Source of the DNA: Ruminococcus sp. | GTDB lineage: Bacteria; Bacillota; Clostridia; Oscillospirales; Acutalibacteraceae | Direction: 5' to 3' | Assembly: GCA_022510955.1 (NCBI GenBank) | Contig: JAFLSM010000003.1 | Coordinates: 7,877-71,876 of the forward strand | DNA: 64,000 nucleotides | Shown here: positions 28,404 through 37,940 of the stretch, piece by piece | How positions within the stretch are numbered: the first letter of the stretch is position 1 | Layout: each line of letters starts with the position of its first letter | Position numbers and translations under genes: made by a program | The notes under the pieces: model-generated | The model's input: the letters and a program-made list of their open reading frames with translations, nothing else | What the model was told of the DNA's origin: nothing | Databases searched by the model: none

Positions 28404-28877
28404 TTAGATAAACTGCATTATGTTTCTTATTTCTTCAATTATACAATTTATATCATCTCGCTCTTTAAGCAGTAAATTAAACTCGTTGTTTTTACTTTTG
28501 AATAATTCGTCCAATTTCCTATATTTCTTTTTAATAAATGACTGTCTAATTAAAACACCAACCGCTATAGTGAGCAAAATCAAACCTACAGGAAGCACAG
28601 AAACAAAGAAAATTCCTGTTATTGTACATATTACTCCCAATAATATAATGCCTAAATTATTAAAATCCTCATTCATATAACACATACGTTTGAGGGAATT
28701 AATATGTAGTTCTAAAGTACGAATTTCTCCTTTTATTACTTTTATCTTACCATCAATCTGATATTTTTTACTAATCAAAGAACAAAACTCATCATTCATA
28801 ATTTTTATTTTTTCTGTATCAAAGTCAAAATTAATATTCTCTTCACAATTTCTGCATTTACTTTTAATAAGCGTCAC
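28404..28877 (-). CDS. Hypothetical protein: N-terminal CxxC, coiled coil, 2 TM helices, coiled coil
   Basis: GTG start 7 nt after GGAG; KCRNC; hydrophobic LGIILLGVICTITGIFFVSVLPVGLILLTIAVGVLI. Confidence 0.7.
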   Translation of the reverse strand: MTLIKSKCRNCEENINFDFDTEKIKIMNDEFCSLISKKYQIDGKIKVIKGEIRTLELHINSLKRMCYMNEDFNNLGIILLGVICTITGIFFVSVLPVGLILLTIAVGVLIRQSFIKKKYRKLDELFKSKNNEFNLLLKERDDINCIIEEIRNIMQFI

Positions 28878-28918
28878 AAAACCACTCCACAAAAATAAAT
28901 TTGACAAATTCTTTTAAA

Positions 28919-28954
28919 ATTATATAACAATCTACAGTTGTTGTCAATGACAAC
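28919..28954 (-). promoter_or_regulatory. Perfect SigA promoter overlapped by dyad operators
   Basis: TTGACA-17 bp-TATAAT (28947 to 28919); dyads AACAA-N7-TTGTT in the spacer and GTTGTCA-A-TGACAAC (28940-28954) over the -35. Confidence 0.85.
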
Positions 28955-29021
28955 TAATAAGATTTTTATTTAACACTCATAAGTTGTTACTATTAGTATA
29001 GATTAGTAACGGGGTGAGTAA

Positions 29022-29357
29022 ATGCTAAAAAATTTGAAATTGTTACGCCTTCAACACAAAATAAGTCAACAACAGCTTGCAGATATTATCGGCGTAAGTC
29101 AGCAATCTGTAAATAAATATGAAAATCACGACACCGAGCCTGACATTAGAACTTTGATTGCTCTATCGGATTATTTTAATACCTCTATCGATTATTTAGT
29201 AGGTAATACTGATATCAATCATAAAATTGAACATCTTAATAAATGTGATTTAAATGATGAAGAAACCGCGTTTGTCAACGACTTTCGCAAGCTATCGCCC
29301 AAAGAAAAAGAGAGCGTAAAATTTATTATAAGTAATTATCTTGAAAAAATGGACTGA
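29022..29357 (+). CDS. XRE/Cro-C1 family HTH transcriptional regulator
   Basis: LKLLRLQHKISQQQLADIIGVSQQSVNKYEN...EPDIRTLIALSDYFNTSIDYLVG. Confidence 0.93.
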   Translation: MLKNLKLLRLQHKISQQQLADIIGVSQQSVNKYENHDTEPDIRTLIALSDYFNTSIDYLVGNTDINHKIEHLNKCDLNDEETAFVNDFRKLSPKEKESVKFIISNYLEKMD

Positions 29358-29377
29358 TGTAAAAATACATCAGTCCA
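29350..29377 (+). terminator. Hairpin after the XRE gene
   Basis: TGGACTGATGTA-AAAA-TACATCAGTCCA. Confidence 0.7.
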
Positions 29378-29436
29378 AAATTTTATTTATACTTTTTATT
29401 GATTTTATCTGATTGGGACACAAATTTATACTGTGT

Positions 29437-30105
29437 TTAATGTTTGCCGTACTCGCTTAAAATGTCGTCAATTTCTGCTTCATTTACAGCTGTGCGTCTG
29501 TCAATATCAGATAAATATTTATCATAATCGAAGTCGTCATAATCATCAGAACTTTTGTCCGCTGTCTTTGCGGAGTATGTGCTGTGTGTATCGGATGACT
29601 GTTTTGCCAAAGGTTGCTTATTTGTGGTAGCCTTTTTTGCTGTGTGCCTGTCGCCTGTTGTCAAGCCATCAAGCTCAGACATTCTTTCACGCTCACGCTC
29701 ATCTCTGCGTTTTGCTTCAAGCAACATTTCCTCTGCTTCTGCTTTTTCCTGCTCTTCACGCTCACGGCGTTTATCACCAAGGGCAATGTCGCCGACAAAC
29801 AAGCCGAACATACCTGCAACAAGATATACTGCAAGCAAAAGTATGCTCGCAAGGTTGATTCCGCCATAATAAAGGAACATACTCGGCAAAAAGAAGATAG
29901 GAGCAATCAGCGAAAACAAAAAGTCAAGTCCGTATTTCGAGCAATAAATTGCTCCTGCAATCGCTGCTGTCGAAGGAAAAACAAAGTACAAAGCAATTCC
30001 TGCAAAGTTTTTAAGTGCATCATTTCTGAAAAAAAGCGGGACTATAAGATACACTGCAAAAATCACAACGCCGTATGGCAAATATTTCTTGACCATATCT
30101 TTCAT
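29437..30105 (-). CDS. Hypothetical membrane protein (4 TM plus charged cytoplasmic tail)
   Basis: SD GGAGG; N-terminal TM bundle, then an E/R/K-rich coil and a D/Y-rich tail. Confidence 0.75.
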   Translation of the reverse strand: MKDMVKKYLPYGVVIFAVYLIVPLFFRNDALKNFAGIALYFVFPSTAAIAGAIYCSKYGLDFLFSLIAPIFFLPSMFLYYGGINLASILLLAVYLVAGMFGLFVGDIALGDKRREREEQEKAEAEEMLLEAKRRDERERERMSELDGLTTGDRHTAKKATTNKQPLAKQSSDTHSTYSAKTADKSSDDYDDFDYDKYLSDIDRRTAVNEAEIDDILSEYGKH

Positions 30106-30251
30106 AACAAGCCTCCATATTATATAAATATTATTTTGTTTATAATTAAGTATATTATACAACATTTTTTATAAAAATCAAGAATAACGCCCGTTACTAA
30201 TGATAATGTAAATATTTTGTAAATCTGTTGTAATATTCCCTTAAAATTGCA

Positions 30252-30280
30252 TTGACAAGTATAAAAAAATAGAATATTAT
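30252..30280 (+). promoter_or_regulatory. SigA promoter of the mgtE leader
   Basis: TTGACA-17 bp-TATTAT. Confidence 0.7.
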
Positions 30281-30338
30281 AATAATGTATGCAGTTTGCG
30301 TTACTGCACACAAATTTTTAATAAGAGGTGAAAACTTA

Positions 30339-30419
30339 ATGGACGCAGACGGTAATAAAGGCGTTGTACCTGGGCGAAGTTGCAACAAAATGAGTGCTTG
30401 TGCGTTCATTTTGTTTTGA
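30339..30419 (+). CDS. Candidate 26-aa leader peptide upstream of mgtE (MDADGNKGVVPGRSCNKMSACAFILF)
   Basis: Strong SD AAGAGGTG; the 3' end overlaps the hairpin AACAAAATGA...TCATTTTGTT + TT. Confidence 0.45.
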   Translation: MDADGNKGVVPGRSCNKMSACAFILF

Positions 30420-30537
30420 CTTAAGGCATAAGTCCGCTTATTTAATTATGCGGTATTGCCTAATAATATTAGTATAACTTAATATTACACCTATGGTACT
30501 CGTCTTTTTGACTTCAATGAATTAAGAAGGAGAAAAG

Positions 30538-31908
30538 ATGATGGAACTGGTTAATGTTGCACTGACCGAAACTATCAGGGTTTTACTTGAAGAAAAAAAG
30601 TACAACACCCTGCGTGACATCCTTGAAACGATGAAGCCTTATGATATTGCATCGGTTTTTGAAGAACTTCAGGATGAAAAGATGCCTATTTTGTTTCGTA
30701 TTCTACCAAAGGAACTGGCTGCCGAAACCTTCGTTGAAATGGATGATAAAACACAGGAGTTTCTAATACACGGATTCAGCGACAGTGAGCTTAAAGAGGT
30801 CGTTGACGAACTCTTTGTGGACGACGCAGTTGACCTTATTGAAGAAATGCCTGCTAATGTGGTAAAGCGAATTTTAAGACAGGCAGACAAGGATATGAGA
30901 AAGCAAATCAACGAGCTTTTAAAATATCCCGAGGATAGTGCCGGTTCAATTATGACTACGGAGTTTATTGTACTCCGCCCTGATATGACAGCCGAAATGG
31001 CTATTAAGCGTATCAGAAGAACAGGTGTTGACAAAGAAACAATATACACCTGTTATGTCACCGACGAAAATATAAAGCTAATCGGTATTACTACCGTTAA
31101 GGACTTGCTTCTTGCCGATGACAATGATATTGTTAAAGACTTAATGGAAGAAAATGTAATTGCTGTTACCACTCTTGATGACCAGGAGCAGGTTGCTCAG
31201 ATGTTCTCTAATTACAACTTCTTGGCACTCCCTGTTGTTGACAACGAAAACCGTATGGTCGGTATTGTTACAATCGACGACGCTATTGATGTCATCCAAG
31301 AGGAAGCAACCGAAGATATTGAAAAGATGGCTGCTGTGCTTCCGTCTGATAAACCGTATATGAAAACAAGCGTTTGGGGTATATATAAAAAGCGTATTCC
31401 ATGGCTGTTAATTCTTATGCTTTCAGCAACATTCACAAGCATAATTATTTCATCATTTGAGGGTGCACTTGCAAGCGTTATTGTTCTTTCCTCATTTATT
31501 CCGATGATTACAGGCTCAGGCGGTAATGCAGGCTCACAGTCATCTGTATCGGTTATCCGTGCCTTGTCTTTGGGGGAAATCGAGTTTAAGAATATTTTCA
31601 CAGTTCTCTGGAAAGAACTCAGGGTGTCGTTCTTCTGCGGTCTTACACTTGCTGCGGCAAACTTTGTAAAGCTTATGATTTTTGACCTTCACAGCAGTTC
31701 AAATGCTTTTTGGATTGCATTAGTCGTCTCCCTCACCCTACTTGGTACAATTATGATGGCAAAGATAGTCGGAGGCAGTTTGCCGCTTTTGGCAGGCAAA
31801 CTCGGATTTGACCCTGCTGTAATGGCAAATCCGCTTATTACAACGGTCTGCGACTCACTTTCGCTTCTCATATATTTTGCAGTCGCAACAAGCATTCTAC
31901 ACATATAA
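30538..31908 (+). CDS. mgtE: Magnesium transporter MgtE
   Basis: MgtE_N, CBS pair (YPEDSAGSIMT), PMITGSGGNAGSQS, DPAVMANPLITTVCD. Confidence 0.96.
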   Translation: MMELVNVALTETIRVLLEEKKYNTLRDILETMKPYDIASVFEELQDEKMPILFRILPKELAAETFVEMDDKTQEFLIHGFSDSELKEVVDELFVDDAVDLIEEMPANVVKRILRQADKDMRKQINELLKYPEDSAGSIMTTEFIVLRPDMTAEMAIKRIRRTGVDKETIYTCYVTDENIKLIGITTVKDLLLADDNDIVKDLMEENVIAVTTLDDQEQVAQMFSNYNFLALPVVDNENRMVGIVTIDDAIDVIQEEATEDIEKMAAVLPSDKPYMKTSVWGIYKKRIPWLLILMLSATFTSIIISSFEGALASVIVLSSFIPMITGSGGNAGSQSSVSVIRALSLGEIEFKNIFTVLWKELRVSFFCGLTLAAANFVKLMIFDLHSSSNAFWIALVVSLTLLGTIMMAKIVGGSLPLLAGKLGFDPAVMANPLITTVCDSLSLLIYFAVATSILHI

Positions 31909-31924
31909 AATTGAATACAAAAAT

Positions 31925-31969
31925 AAAAGCTGTTTTATAAACGAACTTCCCGTTCATAAAACAGCTTTT
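31925..31969. terminator. Bidirectional terminator between mgtE and the L,D-transpeptidase gene
   Basis: AAAAGCTGTTTTAT...ATAAAACAGCTTTT. Confidence 0.75.
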
Positions 31970-31994
31970 TGTTTTGCAAAGATACAGAGAAAAA

Positions 31995-34310
31995 TCAATA
32001 CAGAATAACTTTTGTACCTATACCCACATTTTGATAAATAGTTTTAACCTTATTGTAAGGTGTATTTACACAGCCGTGAGAACCGTTGCCCTTATATGTG
32101 GTGCCTCCGAACTCACTTGCACTACGCCAGCTTGCATCGTGAATTCCGCATCCGGAATATGTAAACGCCAACCAATAAGTTACCTTTGTAGAATAGTCTT
32201 CACCAACAAGAGTTGCAGGCGACTGTCTTTGCCAAATTGAGTACACACCGGTCGGAGTGTTGTGATATCCGTCGTCGTTACCTGTTACAACATCAGTTTC
32301 AAGAATATACTCACCGTTCTTATAAAACCACATATGTTGCTCTTTGATACTTATTTCAACATAAGTACCGCCAATTGACTGTCCGTATGCACCGCTTTCA
32401 ACCTTTATTGCATATGTATAGTATGTACCCGGCACATCAGTTCTTTTACCATTTACCGACAGATTTCTGTAAGCTCTTACTCTGAAATAATAAGTTCTGC
32501 CTGCTTCAAGTCTGTGTGTTGTTGTAAAAAATGTATTCTTTGTTTTTCCAAACAGAGAGTAACCGCTGTTTTTAGATCTTGAATAATAAATTTCATATCC
32601 GTCGGCATATTTATTTTTGCCCCATGTAAGTGTTACTTTTCTCAGTCTGGACACAAGATTAACTGTCGGTGCACCAAGTCCCGCATATGCAACCTTAGTT
32701 ACACCTGTTGAGTAATAATAGCAATCTCCGTAGAGCTGACGGTAAGCTACAATCTTATAGCGATACTGATTGCCTGTAGGAAGATTTTTTTCAGTCAGTT
32801 TTGTGTTGCTGTTTCCCTTTAGAGTTTTGTATTCTTTATAACTCCAATCTGTTTTTTCGTTTGCTCTGTAAATCTTGTAGCCCGTCGCTTTTTCAACTTT
32901 GCTCCACGACAATTCTATTACATCTGATGAGCGGTCAAGGCTCAGGTTTGTAATTTCTGCCGCCTGTGTGCAGGTTTTTTTGATTGTCGAAGCACCTTCG
33001 TACCTTACTCCGTTCTTATCAACATATGCTGCTACCTTGAAATAATACTGTGTTGTCTTACGAAGTCCGGTAATTGTTGCTGTATTTGAGGTTACTTCCT
33101 TTACCTTTGAATAATTCTTATGATTGTCAGCGTTAAGATAATAAATTACATAACCGCTTGCACCGCTTACCTTATCCCACTTGAGGGTAACCTTGTCTGA
33201 CTCAAAACTTGTTTTAGTGATGTTCTTTACTGTACCTACATTTTCAACCATAACCTTACACTCGGCAGTCTTGCCGTTATAGGTACGAATTGTAATTATT
33301 GCAGTACCTGCCTTTTTTGCTGTTACAACAGCAGTATTGTATTCATCTTTCTTTACAGAGGCAACCGAGCTGTCACTGCTGCTCCATACAACATTATCGG
33401 GATTTGAATATGCACCCGGAGTGTTTTCTACCAGCGTATATGTTGTTCCTGTTCCGAGAGAAATACTATTTTTATTAAGTGTTACATAAGTAGGGGCATT
33501 TCTTACCTCTACCTTACACGATACCTTTACGCCGTTGTATGCAGTTGCTGTAACTGTTGCAGTGCCCACTGATTTTGCTGTTACCAAACCGCCTGCTGCC
33601 TTTACATCAGCTACAGCTGCATTATTTGTACTGTATAAAATGCTGTATGCACCGCAGCCATTTGGGAGTGAACTGTCAAGGTCGTATGTTTCTCCCACAC
33701 CTAAAATGAGGCTTGTTTTGTTGAGCGACATACTCTTAGGTTCGGCTTTCACGGTAAGCTTACAATCTGCACTCATACCGTTTGCCTTTACGGTTATTGT
33801 TGCCGTACCTGTCTTTTTGGCAGTAATAATTCCATTAGCTCCGTCTCCCGAAACTGTTGCAACCGAATTGTCGCTGCTTGACCATGAAAGTGCAGAGTCT
33901 GTAATTCCGTAAACTTCAGCTTGAAGTGTATATTTCTCATTGACGCCCAGAGTTCTGCTGTTCACCTTAAGTGTAAGCTTAGGTGCCTCTGTACTTGGCT
34001 GTGGCTCTGTTGTCGGCTGTGTTTCCGACGGAACCGTTGTTGCCTCAGGGGCAGACTGTTCAGGTTCTTCAGGCTCAATAACAGGTTCATCAAGCTCTCC
34101 TTCGTAAAATTCTTCTATTGGAGTTTCTTCTTCGATAATGCCGTCACTCTGCATAGCAATATCATATGAGTTATCAACCATCACACCAACGCTGTTTTCA
34201 TCGTTGTTTGCTGTTGATGCCGAGGCACTGAAATTGAATGTCAGCGCCGAGCTTAACACCATAATTGCGGCAAGAGTTCCACTCACAATTTTCTTGGCTT
34301 TTCTTTTCAT
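31995..34310 (-). CDS. Secreted multidomain L,D-transpeptidase (signal peptide, E/P/T linker, 3 Ig-like Big_2, FN3 repeats, YkuD domain)
   Basis: WSSSDNSVATV-type Ig repeats; WDKVSGASGY FN3; C-terminal GCGIHDA...GSHGCVN catalytic HxxC. Confidence 0.9.
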   Translation of the reverse strand: MKRKAKKIVSGTLAAIMVLSSALTFNFSASASTANNDENSVGVMVDNSYDIAMQSDGIIEEETPIEEFYEGELDEPVIEPEEPEQSAPEATTVPSETQPTTEPQPSTEAPKLTLKVNSRTLGVNEKYTLQAEVYGITDSALSWSSSDNSVATVSGDGANGIITAKKTGTATITVKANGMSADCKLTVKAEPKSMSLNKTSLILGVGETYDLDSSLPNGCGAYSILYSTNNAAVADVKAAGGLVTAKSVGTATVTATAYNGVKVSCKVEVRNAPTYVTLNKNSISLGTGTTYTLVENTPGAYSNPDNVVWSSSDSSVASVKKDEYNTAVVTAKKAGTAIITIRTYNGKTAECKVMVENVGTVKNITKTSFESDKVTLKWDKVSGASGYVIYYLNADNHKNYSKVKEVTSNTATITGLRKTTQYYFKVAAYVDKNGVRYEGASTIKKTCTQAAEITNLSLDRSSDVIELSWSKVEKATGYKIYRANEKTDWSYKEYKTLKGNSNTKLTEKNLPTGNQYRYKIVAYRQLYGDCYYYSTGVTKVAYAGLGAPTVNLVSRLRKVTLTWGKNKYADGYEIYYSRSKNSGYSLFGKTKNTFFTTTHRLEAGRTYYFRVRAYRNLSVNGKRTDVPGTYYTYAIKVESGAYGQSIGGTYVEISIKEQHMWFYKNGEYILETDVVTGNDDGYHNTPTGVYSIWQRQSPATLVGEDYSTKVTYWLAFTYSGCGIHDASWRSASEFGGTTYKGNGSHGCVNTPYNKVKTIYQNVGIGTKVILY

Positions 34311-34456
34311 AATTATTCCCCCTAACAAATTGTAAAATGCTTATCTACAATATGAAAATATTATAATACAATCATTACAAAAAATAAAGGGTATTTTATG
34401 AAAATTTTCTAAAAATACCCAATAAATTTTATAAAATTTTTATTGTAACTTTACGA

Positions 34457-34723
34457 TTAAGAATTGTAGGTATTATCTTCTACAGCCTTGCGAACCTGTT
34501 TTTTTAACCTTTCAAACGGAGTGTCCTTTTTTTCTATAATCTCCTTTGACCCCAATTTACGAACAGTAATATTTGACGCACTCGACTGACTGTGCATTTG
34601 CAAACTGATATTTTCATGCTGTATAATTGCAAAAAGCTGAGAAATTGACTTGCAACTGTCAATTTCCTTTAACAACTGGGATTGAGTTTTCTTGCGGTAT
34701 CCGTTGACCTTTGTACCCTTCAA
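34457..34723 (-). CDS. Small hypothetical protein (88 aa)
   Basis: TTG start after an AAAGGCTGGTG SD; fills an otherwise empty interval. Confidence 0.55.
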   Translation of the reverse strand: MKGTKVNGYRKKTQSQLLKEIDSCKSISQLFAIIQHENISLQMHSQSSASNITVRKLGSKEIIEKKDTPFERLKKQVRKAVEDNTYNS

Positions 34724-34979
34724 CTCAAATCACCAGCCTTTCCTATACTTTCACAAAATAAAATCGTATTTTCTATTATACTTAATTTCCAATTTATTTT
34801 CAATACAAAAATCGACATATTTTATTTACAGTTTCATTATTTTATGTTATCCTTTGATTAAGTAACTGATTTTTTAGCAATATTGCGGAAAATATGCAAT
34901 CAAGTTGCACTAACAGTTATTATTTTAAGAATTTCAAATTTTAAACATAATTTTATTTGCTTAATTTTCGGAGGAATTA

Positions 34980-35876
34980 ATGAAAAAGATTACTTCTTTA
35001 TTTTTGACAGCAATTATCTGCTCAATGACCCTGTTTGTCGGATGTAGCTCTGACAGCAGTTCATCAGCAGAACCCAAACCGACTGCATCAACCGACACCA
35101 CCGTAAAAACTACGGGCAACAAAATTCAGATTAACGACAGCACTTTGGGTGAAATCTGGATTACCGAGCTTGACGGTGTGCCTCAAAACAAACTGAACAA
35201 CGACAATTTTACATCGGACAGTACCTTTAAATATTACAGTGAAAACGGCAAAGCCGCTTCCCTTGAAGGCATTGATATCTCCTCATACAGCGGTGATGTC
35301 GACTGGAAAAAGGTCAAGGACAGCGGTGTGGATTTTGTTATTGTGAGAATAGGCGGAAGAGGTTATGGCGATGAAGGTGCGCTTTATACTGACGACAGGG
35401 CGCTTGAATACATTGACGGAGCACACAACGCAGGTTTAAAAGTTGGAGGATATTTCTTCTCTCAGGCTATTAACACCGAAGAGGCTGTTGAGGAAGCTGA
35501 CTATGTAAAGTCAATATTAGGCGATTTAAAGCTCGAATTCCCTGTTGCTTATGACTGGGAAATCATCAAAGATGAAGATGCAAGAACCGACAATGTGTCC
35601 GCTGCCGAAGCCACAAACTGCGCAAGGGCATTTTGTGACAGAATTATTGAGCACGGATACAAGACAATGCTTTACTCGCCAAGCCGTGAGCTTTACTTTA
35701 AGTATGACCTTTCCCGTCTTGCCGACATTGATATTTGGTACTGTGAATACTCAAATTTACCAACCTTTTATTACCAATTCTCAATGTGGCAGTACTCTTC
35801 AACAGGAAAAGTTGACGGTATTGATGCAGATGTTGATATGAACATCTGCTTTACGGGTGTTGCAGACTATGATTAG
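34980..35876 (+). CDS. GH25 lysozyme/muramidase-family lipoprotein
   Basis: Lipobox LFVGC; GIDISSYSGDVDW..VKDSGVDFVIVRIGGRGYG; AYDWE; MWQYSSTGKVDGI. Confidence 0.9.
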   Translation: MKKITSLFLTAIICSMTLFVGCSSDSSSSAEPKPTASTDTTVKTTGNKIQINDSTLGEIWITELDGVPQNKLNNDNFTSDSTFKYYSENGKAASLEGIDISSYSGDVDWKKVKDSGVDFVIVRIGGRGYGDEGALYTDDRALEYIDGAHNAGLKVGGYFFSQAINTEEAVEEADYVKSILGDLKLEFPVAYDWEIIKDEDARTDNVSAAEATNCARAFCDRIIEHGYKTMLYSPSRELYFKYDLSRLADIDIWYCEYSNLPTFYYQFSMWQYSSTGKVDGIDADVDMNICFTGVADYD

Positions 35877-35974
35877 GGCATTTTTTCATTCATTAAACAA
35901 GCCCTAATATTTTCACCTAATTCACAGTTAAACTAAATTTATGAACCATTAAGAAATATAAGAGGGTATGAAAT

Positions 35975-36976
35975 ATGATTAAAGTAGAAAATCTTAGAAA
36001 AGAATTTAAAAAGACAATTAAAGAGCCCGGTCTTAAGGGCAGTATAAAATCGCTTTTCCACCCGAACACAGAGCAGATTATCGCAGTAAAGGACATTAGC
36101 TTTGAAGTTCCAAAGGGAGAGGTGCTCGGATTTATCGGTCCAAACGGTGCTGGAAAAAGCACGGTAATCAAAATGCTCACAGGCATACTTACACCGACAT
36201 CAGGTATCTGTACAATAGACGGAAGAAATCCAAGAGAGAACCGCAAAAGCTATGTTAAGGAAATCGGTGTAGTGTTCGGTCAAAGAACACAGCTTTGGTG
36301 GGATTTGCCTCTGCGTGAAACCTATGGCGTACTGAAAGAAATTTACGAAGTACCCGAAGATAAATTCAAAAAACGAATGGCTTTTCTTAACGAGGTTCTC
36401 GACCTTGAAAGCTTTATTACAAGCCCTGTAAGAACACTTTCTCTTGGTCAGCGCATGCGTGCCGACATTGCGGCATCGCTTTTGCACAGTCCAAAGGTAT
36501 TGTTCCTTGACGAGCCAACAATCGGACTTGATGTTGTAGTAAAAGATAATATCCGTAATGCTATTGAGTATATAAACAAGCATGAGCAGACAACCGTAAT
36601 ACTCACTACCCACGACCTTTCGGACATTGAGCTTTTGTCAAAACGAATTGTTATGATTGATAAGGGAACAAATGTGTTTGACGGCACAATTACCGACCTC
36701 AAAAGCAAATACGGTCAAATCCGTGAGCTTAACTTTGATACAAGCGTTCGTGATGTGTCTTCTCTTCTTGCTTACAAAGAGCATTTTAAATTCTCTGATG
36801 AGGACTTGTCTGTTGAGCAGGACGGAAGTTTTGTAAAGGTGCGTTTTAACAGCTCGGTTGCTCCTGTATCTGATATGCTGTCATATACACTCGATAAAAT
36901 TAAGGTAAACGATATCAGCGTCAAGGATGCCGATATTGAGGAAATTATTCGCCGTCTTTACAAGCAGGGGGTGTAG
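35975..36976 (+). CDS. ABC transporter ATP-binding protein (DrrA/NatA-like exporter)
   Basis: GPNGAGKS, LSLGQRMR, LFLDEPTIGLD, TTHD. Confidence 0.93.
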   Translation: MIKVENLRKEFKKTIKEPGLKGSIKSLFHPNTEQIIAVKDISFEVPKGEVLGFIGPNGAGKSTVIKMLTGILTPTSGICTIDGRNPRENRKSYVKEIGVVFGQRTQLWWDLPLRETYGVLKEIYEVPEDKFKKRMAFLNEVLDLESFITSPVRTLSLGQRMRADIAASLLHSPKVLFLDEPTIGLDVVVKDNIRNAIEYINKHEQTTVILTTHDLSDIELLSKRIVMIDKGTNVFDGTITDLKSKYGQIRELNFDTSVRDVSSLLAYKEHFKFSDEDLSVEQDGSFVKVRFNSSVAPVSDMLSYTLDKIKVNDISVKDADIEEIIRRLYKQGV

Positions 36977-36977
36977 T

Positions 36978-37805
36978 ATGAAACGCAGATTACATAAACT
37001 GAAAATCTATGTTCCGTTCATCAACGCAGGTATGCAGGAAACCACAACCTATCGTGTAAATTGGATATTTTATATGCTCGGAAATGTTCTTGGCTGTTTT
37101 GTTTCATATTTCATCTGGAACGCAGTTTTTATGTCGGGCAATAACCAAACAATGAACGGATTCACAATGCCGCAAATGGTGGTATATATCTTTTTGATGT
37201 TCCTTACAACAACAATGATAAGCAGCGGTGGTACATATGATATCGGCGAAGAAATTCGTGATGGTTCAATCGCAATGAGAATTATTAAGCCGATAAGCTA
37301 TAATGCAACCTTTCTTTTTCAGGAGCTTGGCAACAAGGCAATGACCGTTTGTGTGCTGATTGTACCGCTTGTTGCAGGTGTTGAAATTGTGCGTTACATC
37401 TTTACAGGCTCAGTTCAATTTCAGATAACAGGCTTTTTACTATACATTGTAAGCTGTATTTTTGCATATCTCATAAACTTTTTCTTTAATATCTGCTTTG
37501 GTTTTATTGCATTCATCATAAAATATCTTTGGGGTGCAAATATGATGAAAAACTGTATTGTCGGCTTTTTGTCAGGGTCGATAATTCCGCTTTCATTCTT
37601 GCCCGATGCAGTTGAAAAGCTGTTCTTATTCCTGCCATTTGCTTCTCTGAATTATACTCCTGTAATGATTTATATGGGAATGTACAGCGGATTTTCACTA
37701 CTCTATTACCTTGGACTTCAGTTGTTCTGGGTACTGTTCTTTTGGGGACTATCAAAGCTTTTGTGGGCAGTGTCAATCAAGCATTTGTCAGTACAGGGAG
37801 GCTAA
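36978..37805 (+). CDS. ABC-2 family permease
   Basis: Multi-TM; EEIRDGSIAMRIIKP; LPFASLNYTP; C-terminal VQGG. Confidence 0.88.
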   Translation: MKRRLHKLKIYVPFINAGMQETTTYRVNWIFYMLGNVLGCFVSYFIWNAVFMSGNNQTMNGFTMPQMVVYIFLMFLTTTMISSGGTYDIGEEIRDGSIAMRIIKPISYNATFLFQELGNKAMTVCVLIVPLVAGVEIVRYIFTGSVQFQITGFLLYIVSCIFAYLINFFFNICFGFIAFIIKYLWGANMMKNCIVGFLSGSIIPLSFLPDAVEKLFLFLPFASLNYTPVMIYMGMYSGFSLLYYLGLQLFWVLFFWGLSKLLWAVSIKHLSVQGG

Positions 37806-37940
37806 ACCAAGACAAAAGAGTGGTTATAACATTTATGAAAGGAAAGATGCACTTTTTATTTAACCACCTACTAAACACCGTTACAAAAGCTTTCCGCAAA
37901 ACTTAAACGGAGTTTAATATATAGTGCATTGGTAGCAAAT

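Larger units (their letters stand above)
28320..29440. mobile_element. Integrase-less genomic islet bounded by a perfect 27-bp direct repeat
   Basis: TGGGACACAAATTTATACTGTGTTTAA at 28320-28346 and 29414-29440; interior visibly more AT-rich. Confidence 0.85.

Noticed and set aside
30287-30537. M-box (ykoK) riboswitch upstream of mgtE
   Set aside because: I could not find the conserved M-box sequence blocks by eye; reported instead as a candidate leader-peptide attenuator.
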